A stretch of 32,000 nucleotides of DNA from an uncultured archaeon. GTDB taxonomy: Archaea > Iainarchaeota > Iainarchaeia > Iainarchaeales > JAAZKV01. Position numbers and translations under genes: made by a program. Each line of letters opens with the position of its first letter. Position 1 is the stretch's first letter. Shown in pieces: positions 25,714 to 32,000 of the stretch. The notes under the pieces were generated by a model. That model was not told where the DNA came from and made no database searches. It saw only the letters and a list, made by a program, of their open reading frames with translations. The stretch is from the NCBI GenBank assembly GCA_964551375.1, contig CAZKBG010000001.1:60001-92000 (forward strand). The letters run 5' to 3'.

Positions 25714-26525
25714 ATAATTTCTCAATTTTAAATAGAAGAGGGCAGGCGGCGCTTGTTGACTCGCTCTTTTTCATTGCAATTGTCTCAATAGTATGCACCG
25801 GGCTTTTTTACTTTACAATAAATTACGGCACTTCAACAGAGACTTTGTTAAATTCATTTTATGCCTCGGACTTTTCAATGGACTCTCTAAAAGTAATTTC
25901 TTATGTTAATGTAATGCGTGACGGAACAGGCGTTTCATCGCAATCAGTATCAGGCGCAGGAGCAAATCCTGCCCAGTTTGATTATATGCTTGCAATGATT
26001 AAGGAAGATTATGCAAGAAACAGGGAAGTAAGCTTTCAGACAAAAACCGCAATTGCAAACACAATCCACTCCGTCTTAAAACCGTTTGACGATTCCACTG
26101 ATTATGTTTTTTACATTAAAAGAGAAGGAGGGGATGTTTCAGGAAAACAATTTTTGGCATTTATCATAGCTACAAGAAAATGCACTGGGGATTGCTGTGA
26201 CGGAGAATGCACTCCGACTCCGGGGGATCCTCAATTAAGCGTTGAAAGAACTTATTATGCGTGCAATCCAGCGCAAGAGAATGTAATGCAGAAATTTGTC
26301 TATCCTTATGTCGGCAGGGTTGATTCAGCAGTGGGAAGAATTGCACTAAGCGACTTTGCAGGGAATTACACTTATTATTTGATGGGAATTGATTTGTGGG
26401 TTGCGAAGAAAACCAAAGCGACTGATGATATTGTCTCAAAATCAGAAGAAACAGATCCAGCATTAAGGGAATCGGATTTTGACTGCAACAGAATTCCAAT
26501 TACTCCTGTTGCCGGGGCGCCTTAG
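25710..26525 (+). CDS. Pilin-like membrane-anchored protein
   Basis: MNNFSILNRRGQAALVDSLFFIAIVSIVCTGLFYFTINYG; ATG 25710 overlaps the upstream stop (ATGA), more likely than TTG 25704. Confidence 0.78.
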   Translation: MNNFSILNRRGQAALVDSLFFIAIVSIVCTGLFYFTINYGTSTETLLNSFYASDFSMDSLKVISYVNVMRDGTGVSSQSVSGAGANPAQFDYMLAMIKEDYARNREVSFQTKTAIANTIHSVLKPFDDSTDYVFYIKREGGDVSGKQFLAFIIATRKCTGDCCDGECTPTPGDPQLSVERTYYACNPAQENVMQKFVYPYVGRVDSAVGRIALSDFAGNYTYYLMGIDLWVAKKTKATDDIVSKSEETDPALRESDFDCNRIPITPVAGAP

Positions 26526-26526
26526 T

Positions 26527-26570
26527 TAAGTTTTTTTCTTAGTTAAGCTTTTTTGATTTTATTTTAACCG
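26527..26570 (+). terminator. T-rich tract, candidate archaeal terminator
   Basis: Several T runs (GTTTTTTTTC, CTTTTTTG, TTTTATTTTA) directly after the 25710-26525 stop and before a convergent gene. Confidence 0.4.
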
Positions 26571-26580
26571 CGGGTTTTAT

Positions 26581-27465
26581 TTATCTGGAAGTCTTTGTCC
26601 CACATTTTGGGCATAAATAGGAATCGCCCTGTTTTTTTGAGCACTTATCACAAAATGCAGTTCCGCAGTTAGGACAGTATAAAATTTTATCAGTATCCTT
26701 TTTGCAATTAGGGCATTCTTCTTTATCATCAAGCTCAATTCCGCCTATGTCATCCTCTTTAATGTCTTCAATGCTTGAAATATCATTCATTCCAGAGCCA
26801 GAAGAATCATCGCCCAAATCAAGGCTGAAATCATCATCAAAATTTTTCTTTTTCTGTTTGTCCTGCCTTTCATTATTTCCAAGAATATCCTTAATATCCC
26901 CAATCGGCGCCGTCTGTTCATCCGGGCCTATTGAATTTGTATTTTGTTTATCCTCTCCAGGCATTACTCTTCCAGAGTCAGCTCCTCTTCGCCCTCTCCT
27001 TTGACTTTGTCCGTGTGAAACTGGGGCGGCTGTTAATCCTTTTTCCGCAGCAAGCTCGTTAATATTGGAATTTTTTAATTGAGTAAAAAGATTCTCTGCA
27101 ATAGTGTCAGATTCTTTTTGATTTGGAAGCCTCTTATTTTCTCTCTTAAATTTCTCAATTTCATTAAGCGCAAGTTTTTCTTCAAGATTCTTCTCTTGGA
27201 TTTTTTTAAATTCTTCAGCATTCTTCTGGTCCATTTCAAGATTTACATCCTCATAATCCATTGTCGGAATGTGGCTAAGTATGCTTCTTCCAGTAGGAGA
27301 CTCATTATCTTCCTCATTTTTTTGCTGTCTATTTTGCAAAAATCTCCCGCTATTCTGCTCCCTATAAGGCGCGTTGTATCCTTCATTGTACTGCTCTTTC
27401 TTCTGCTCTGCAGTGCGGTAAAAACGCATCATCCTTCTTGGGACTTTTTCATCCATAAAAATCAT
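26581..27465 (-). CDS. Largely disordered protein with C-terminal zinc ribbon-like domain
   Basis: C-terminus EECPNCKKDTDKILYCPNCGTAFCDKCSKKQGDSYLCPKCGTKTSR has four CxxC knuckles; the upstream region is rich in E/K/Q/N/D. Start may be 27456. Confidence 0.7.
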   Translation of the reverse strand: MIFMDEKVPRRMMRFYRTAEQKKEQYNEGYNAPYREQNSGRFLQNRQQKNEEDNESPTGRSILSHIPTMDYEDVNLEMDQKNAEEFKKIQEKNLEEKLALNEIEKFKRENKRLPNQKESDTIAENLFTQLKNSNINELAAEKGLTAAPVSHGQSQRRGRRGADSGRVMPGEDKQNTNSIGPDEQTAPIGDIKDILGNNERQDKQKKKNFDDDFSLDLGDDSSGSGMNDISSIEDIKEDDIGGIELDDKEECPNCKKDTDKILYCPNCGTAFCDKCSKKQGDSYLCPKCGTKTSR

Positions 27466-27506
27466 CTATAAAAATTACTCAATAAAATTAACCTATTCTA
27501 ATTAAA

Positions 27507-28226
27507 TTATTCTTTTTCATCTCCAAGCTCGTTTAATAGTCCTTCTTCAATCTCTTCAATTTCTTCATCCTCTTCCTTATACGCTTCCTCTTTTTTCTTC
27601 TTGCCTGTGGATTTTTTCTTGTCGTTAATATCAAGCGCCATTTGTCTTAATTTTGCAAGCGCGGCATTCTTCTGCTCCTTATTTGATTTACTTTCAAGTT
27701 CTTTTGTGTTTTTATCAATAACCTTTAGCACATTAGTGTTTTTGTCCTTAAAAACCTGATTTTTTATCATAGCAGGAGTAACTTTAGGAGTCGGACTGCT
27801 TCCTTTAGTCATCAACCCTTCTTCAAATCTAATCCTATCCGCCACAGGCATTTTCTCTTCCTTTGTAAGCCCCATTTTTGGAATAGCAACTTTTCTCTTC
27901 TTTTCCTCAACAAAAATTTCAGGATCAGCCTCTTCATGATACATTCTTTTTGCAAATGCAATTCCCATCAAAATAACATACATAGTTATTCCAAGCAAAA
28001 AGAAGTAATCCGAATTCATTCCTCCAAGCACTATTGCAGCAATTGGAATTCCAAAAATTAAAGCACCCGCTCCGTATCCATAAGCGATTTTATTAGTCAA
28101 AGCCTCAAGCTGAACATTAGGCATAGCAGTTCTTACTACCGAGTACCCAACGGAGAAACTCCCAAGCAAGAAAAAAGCATAAATAAGTTCCTGCATCAAA
28201 CCAAATCCTGTTCCTAATGCAATCAT
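27507..28226 (-). CDS. Membrane protein with long charged cytosolic tail
   Basis: Hydrophobic N-terminal half (LIYAFFLLGSFSVGYSVV, GAGALIFGIPIAAIVLGG, YFFLLGITMYVILMGIAF), then a tail ending KKKSTGKKKKEEAYKEEDEEIEEIEEGLL. Confidence 0.75.
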   Translation of the reverse strand: MIALGTGFGLMQELIYAFFLLGSFSVGYSVVRTAMPNVQLEALTNKIAYGYGAGALIFGIPIAAIVLGGMNSDYFFLLGITMYVILMGIAFAKRMYHEEADPEIFVEEKKRKVAIPKMGLTKEEKMPVADRIRFEEGLMTKGSSPTPKVTPAMIKNQVFKDKNTNVLKVIDKNTKELESKSNKEQKNAALAKLRQMALDINDKKKSTGKKKKEEAYKEEDEEIEEIEEGLLNELGDEKE

Positions 28227-28326
28227 AAAAGTTTTTTGTAGTATTTATTAGTTCTCCTATTCAAAATGCGCCAAAATTGCAACTTTTAATAAGCCAAAAT
28301 TAAGTCCAAAAGTTAGGGGGTAATTC

Positions 28327-28336
28327 TTTTATACTA
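28327..28336 (+). promoter_or_regulatory. TATA-like box (TTTTATACTA)
   Basis: Centred about 24 nt upstream of the internal ATG 28355 and only 9 nt upstream of the track start 28340, so it argues for start 28355. Confidence 0.5.
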
Positions 28337-28354
28337 TTAATGCGTTATTTTTTC

Positions 28355-28948
28355 ATGGAATTAGTAGAAGTAATATTTGCTATTTTTGATTTTCTAAAAC
28401 TGGCGATTCCGCTCACAATCCTTGTTTTTGTGCTCTATAAGGCATTTTCCCCCGCAAAATTATGGCTTATTGAAAAGTATAATTTATCCTGGATGAAATC
28501 AGTAATCCTGCTAAATTTCATTATTGTTTTTGTATCTCTATTAGTATTTTATTTTTATTTTGTTCTCACAGGAACATTAGGCGCGGCTCCAATGGACCCT
28601 GATCTTCAATATACTTTAGGCGAGAATGCAATAATGGTTCTAATAGGAGCAGTTAGAGTTCTTGTTGCTGCAGTAATTCTCACACTCATTGTTTTGTTCT
28701 TTGAATTTATAGCAAGCCTTGCAATGGATTCAAATATAATAAAATTTGGGGCAAATACTGTAAAATCAAAAAAACATTCTTCTGAAGGGGCATCAATGGT
28801 GATGCAGATATTTGGCGTATTTGTTTCAGTAGTGATATTTTTGATTCTATTTTTGTTCATATTCGCATGGGTTCCACTTGGGCTTGTTGTATTCATTTTT
28901 TACGGCGGAGTAAAGGAAATTCCTCTGCTATTGATAGGGTTGATATGA
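28355..28948 (+). CDS. Multipass membrane protein
   Basis: MELVEVIFAIFDFLKLAIPLTILVFVLYKAF... with about four further hydrophobic segments. Confidence 0.78.
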   Translation: MELVEVIFAIFDFLKLAIPLTILVFVLYKAFSPAKLWLIEKYNLSWMKSVILLNFIIVFVSLLVFYFYFVLTGTLGAAPMDPDLQYTLGENAIMVLIGAVRVLVAAVILTLIVLFFEFIASLAMDSNIIKFGANTVKSKKHSSEGASMVMQIFGVFVSVVIFLILFLFIFAWVPLGLVVFIFYGGVKEIPLLLIGLI

Positions 28949-28960
28949 ACAGGGAAAGGG

Positions 28961-28968
28961 TTTATATT
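28961..28968 (+). promoter_or_regulatory. TATA-like box (TTTATATT) upstream of the large exoprotein ORF
   Basis: TTTATATT about 115-120 nt upstream of ATG 29082, implying a leader of roughly 90 nt. Confidence 0.45.
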
Positions 28969-29027
28969 TGTTAAAACCGCATATTTCTTATTAGAATAAA
29001 GCGGTTTTAGTCGTTAGAGAAAGTAAA

Positions 29028-29061
29028 AGTTTAAGTTTTAGTGAGAAAATTTAAGTTTTAG
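29028..29061 (+). repeat. Two copies of (A)xTTTAAGTTTTAG in the putative leader
   Basis: AGTTTAAGTTTTAG (29028-29041) and AATTTAAGTTTTAG (29048-29061). Confidence 0.5.
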
Positions 29062-29081
29062 GGTTAAAGGTTAGTGATGAA

Positions 29082-32000
29082 ATGAGTCAGGCAAGACAGA
29101 TTTTTTTGCATTCCTTAATAACAGGAATAATGCTTCTGTCGCTAATTTTAGCAAACCCCGGCTTTGCATATGCTGTTGAGTCAAGCGCAGGCGTTTTTAG
29201 TTTTGCTGCCCCTGCAGTAACTCCAAATACAACAGGGGGAATAGTTCTTCCAGCCTCAACAAGCGCAGGCACTGGCAGTACAAGCACTGGCGGCAGTACA
29301 AGCGGAATAGTCCTTCCAGGCGGAAGCGGCAGCGGTTCCACAGTAATTCCAAATTCTGTTCCTGCAGGAACATGCTCTGTTTCTCAATTAAAACCCTCCG
29401 AAGTGAAAGGAATACTTGACTTAACTCACGAAGGATTCAACGGAAAAACAATATCCGATAAAAAAATAGGGGATTCAAATGATTCAAACAAAAACGGAGT
29501 AAAAGACTTAGGAGATATGAGCGCAATTGGAAAAGATATTTCAGGAAAACAAGCTGTAAAAGTTGATTTGCCAACAATAGCCGCTCCCGCAAACAGATTT
29601 GCTTTCTTTGACGGCTCAAGAATTACAGGCCCATTTGGAATAGGATTAATTTTAGATGATACTTTAAGAGTGGGAAGATGCGATTATCCTGCTCAGGAAC
29701 AGGCGCTTTGCAAAATAAACGGCTCCGGGCTTCAAGTGCGAACAAGCGGAGTAGGATTCACTTCAGATATTACAAACGCGTTTAATTCGCTGAAAAACAC
29801 CGGGAAAAATCTTGCTGAAAACGCTCTTTCCCCAGATGATTACAACAAGATGCGCGGAAATTACCTTGACATTAACAGCAATGATTTCACAACAGGCTCG
29901 TTTGGAACAGGCGCTCAATTAAAAAATTCCATTCTTACCCAGCAGTATAATGCAAGAAACGCAACAACCTGCAATAACAGCTCATGCGTAATAAGCACTT
30001 ACTCTGCATTTGACAAATACTTTAATTCATGGCTAACAACTGACATGGTTGTTTCAAACATTGGTCCAACTTTGCTTCACAAAGGGTACAAATTATTTAC
30101 AAAAGGAGCAAAGTCATTTGGTGACGGATCGCTTGCAGGTCCATGGAACCAAGTAATGAAAGCAAAAAGAATGGTTTCTCCAAGCGAGATATTCGGGAAA
30201 CAAAGATACGCAAAGTATAATGCCTTGATTAAGGAAGAAGGATTTGGAAAAATATTTGAACCTCTAACTATACAAGGAAAGTTATTTAGCTCAGGCGCGG
30301 CCGGAGAAATAGATAAATTAGTTGCAAAAGACTCTCCAATTTGGAAACTTGACTCTGAGCAAAGAAAAAAATTCTTTGAGGCAGTGGAGCATTTGAGAGC
30401 TTATTCAATAGCAAATTCCGAGGCAATGTCTGCTGCAGAAGCGGCATTTAAGGCACAATCAGACGCAGCAAGCTTAATTGCAAATCCAGCAGCAAGAGCG
30501 CTTGCTGAAAAAAATGCGAAAATATCTTGGGGGCAAGATGTTTCAAGAGTATTCAACGATTGGGATGACACAGTATTTTTGGATTCGCCAGCATGGCTTG
30601 CAAAGAATGAAGATTTGCTTTCTCTTGGCGGATACGCGATGAAAAGAAACGGGCCTCCAGGGGCATGGCCTGATGGGCAGGGATATATTGATGTTTCAAC
30701 AAGCGGTTCATTTAATTTCAAAGAAGCATTGAAAAAATTCAGAGATGAAGGCGGTTGGTCAGGCTGGGCGAACAGCACCGACGCAAAGTCATTTGCAGCA
30801 AATGCTGACGGGAGCTTAAAACTTTATAAAATAAGCGAAGAAGGAACTGCGATTGCACAAAACGTTGGACTGCAGGACTTGAAATTTCATTTATCTAAAT
30901 CAGGCTCAGGAACTTACAGCGTAAAACTTCCTGACGGAAGACTAATTCCTTTGAATGATGCTTCAATTGACATGATTGCGGGAAACCCTGCACTCCCAGG
31001 GCATGTAACGATATTCAAATCAACTTATGTTGAAGCAACTCCTCTTACTCCAGAAGACTTTGCAAACAGAGTAACACACTCAAGAATAACAGGAAGGCCA
31101 AACACAGCAGTAAGAAATATGGATGACTTGCACAATGCTCTCCTTCAGAATGATTTTGCCCCAAGAAGATTCACAAGCGCACTTGATGAACAGTTTGCAA
31201 AAGAAGGGGATATGATAAAAAAATATTACAAAGACCCAACAGTTGGGATTTACAAAGGGACAATTCTTCCTGTATTTTACTGGAATGCAAAAAGAGGATT
31301 TGGGCAGGAACAATTCTCCGCATTTATGCTTCCTGATACATGGACAACTCTTACCGTATCTCAGGGAACAGACAAGATATACAAAGATTCCTATATTGAC
31401 TTTTACGCAAATGAAGGCTCGGATCAGGGAGACATGTTCAAAAGAGCATTCAACAGCTTAGCATTTGTTTGGACAAAAGCGTTGGATCTTGCTGCAGAAA
31501 CTAACACTTTCCTAAAAGATGGGATTTCAAAAGTGAGCGGCGGATTCTTTGAAGGAAGCGCGACAAGAGACATAGTTGGGGATTTGGCATTCTACTCTCA
31601 TAACGAATCATGCGCAGGATGCACAGGAAATATTAATTTCAAAAACAATTATTTCACACTTAATGGATTTAATTCAGGAATAGCAATGCAGGCATTTTTG
31701 CTTGAAGCAAAAACTCCTGAAGAAAAAGCAAAAGAAGGAAGCTTGATTGTTTCATATACACACCACTCAAACTTGAACGGAAAAAGCACTCAAATTGAGG
31801 GCGGCTCAATTGATATTGCAAAAGCAAGAATCAGCGGAGAAACATGCGACCAGAAACTAAGAAAAATGGGCTTAGGATGGGCAGGTTCAGGAGCAGGCGG
31901 AGTACTGGCACTTGCAGAAAATTTAGGATATGTAGTTGGATTTGGGCCAGGGCTTGTTGCAAGCTTAGTTCAGCAGATGTACTTTGGAAGAGAATTACAA
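29082..32000 (+). CDS. Very large secreted/membrane protein, truncated by window end (at least 973 codons)
   Basis: Manual translation is open from ATG 29082 to base 32000: MSQARQIFLHSLITGIMLLSLILANPGFAYAVES (signal peptide), then a Gly/Ser/Thr linker with GIVLPAS/GIVLPGG, then a long ectodomain. Absent from the ORF track, apparently because no stop lies inside the window. Confidence 0.85.
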   Translation, partial: MSQARQIFLHSLITGIMLLSLILANPGFAYAVESSAGVFSFAAPAVTPNTTGGIVLPASTSAGTGSTSTGGSTSGIVLPGGSGSGSTVIPNSVPAGTCSVSQLKPSEVKGILDLTHEGFNGKTISDKKIGDSNDSNKNGVKDLGDMSAIGKDISGKQAVKVDLPTIAAPANRFAFFDGSRITGPFGIGLILDDTLRVGRCDYPAQEQALCKINGSGLQVRTSGVGFTSDITNAFNSLKNTGKNLAENALSPDDYNKMRGNYLDINSNDFTTGSFGTGAQLKNSILTQQYNARNATTCNNSSCVISTYSAFDKYFNSWLTTDMVVSNIGPTLLHKGYKLFTKGAKSFGDGSLAGPWNQVMKAKRMVSPSEIFGKQRYAKYNALIKEEGFGKIFEPLTIQGKLFSSGAAGEIDKLVAKDSPIWKLDSEQRKKFFEAVEHLRAYSIANSEAMSAAEAAFKAQSDAASLIANPAARALAEKNAKISWGQDVSRVFNDWDDTVFLDSPAWLAKNEDLLSLGGYAMKRNGPPGAWPDGQGYIDVSTSGSFNFKEALKKFRDEGGWSGWANSTDAKSFAANADGSLKLYKISEEGTAIAQNVGLQDLKFHLSKSGSGTYSVKLPDGRLIPLNDASIDMIAGNPALPGHVTIFKSTYVEATPLTPEDFANRVTHSRITGRPNTAVRNMDDLHNALLQNDFAPRRFTSALDEQFAKEGDMIKKYYKDPTVGIYKGTILPVFYWNAKRGFGQEQFSAFMLPDTWTTLTVSQGTDKIYKDSYIDFYANEGSDQGDMFKRAFNSLAFVWTKALDLAAETNTFLKDGISKVSGGFFEGSATRDIVGDLAFYSHNESCAGCTGNINFKNNYFTLNGFNSGIAMQAFLLEAKTPEEKAKEGSLIVSYTHHSNLNGKSTQIEGGSIDIAKARISGETCDQKLRKMGLGWAGSGAGGVLALAENLGYVVGFGPGLVASLVQQMYFGRELQ

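Noticed and set aside
29087-31461. ORFs on either strand (29087-29341, 29437-29619, 30401-30778, 31080-31313, 31243-31461) listed in the track
   Set aside because: All lie within the continuous 973-codon plus-strand frame from 29082, which has a signal peptide and protein-like composition.
1-32000. CRISPR array, tRNA/rRNA genes or transposon
   Set aside because: No regularly spaced direct repeats of 24-40 bp, no cloverleaf or rRNA-like segment, and no transposase/integrase motif noticed in the translated frames. A tRNAscan/Infernal run would be needed to exclude small RNAs formally.

Overview
The window looks archaeal and is plausibly from a small-genome DPANN-type lineage, but that assignment is inference from gene content and signals only. 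Evidence: class III (archaellin/type IV pilin-like) signal peptides, a double-domain TadC/FlaJ-like membrane protein, an XPD/Rad3-type helicase with Fe-S cysteines, and TATA-like boxes about 24-28 nt upstream of many start codons (leaderless mRNAs). Left part (1-5 kb): a GT2 glycosyltransferase, a dinucleotide-binding F420/NADP oxidoreductase-like protein, a complete GGDEF domain protein (notable for an archaeon), a NUDIX hydrolase and a hemerythrin-like HHE protein. Middle (4.9-12.5 kb): two paralogous proteins with a transglutaminase-like Cys/His/Asp signature, each followed on the same strand by a class III signal peptide surface protein. One surface protein carries seven SBBP-like beta-propeller repeats and the other a GLUG-like motif. 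A degenerate HAD-like protein and a membrane-anchored protein are also present. Then come the XPD-like helicase, a CYTH protein, membrane proteins, a PRTase-like protein and a winged-helix-like protein. From 19.1 to 26.5 kb there is a co-directional cluster: one 2-domain TadC-like platform protein followed by eight small proteins with a single N-terminal hydrophobic helix. Several of these carry a non-canonical KGQ-x4-F-(E/R)-L motif, and two are paralogs sharing eight cysteines; no ATPase or prepilin peptidase is in the window. A 51-aa membrane protein missed by the ORF track sits in the cluster. The right end holds two minus-strand disordered/membrane proteins (one with a C-terminal zinc ribbon), a membrane protein, and a very large secreted or membrane ORF (at least 973 codons) running off the end, also absent from the ORF track. 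The best candidate for an under-described system is the 19.1-32 kb pilus/exoprotein locus. The next best is the duplicated transglutaminase-like plus surface-protein module at 4.8-11.5 kb. No tRNA, rRNA, CRISPR array or transposon was recognised.
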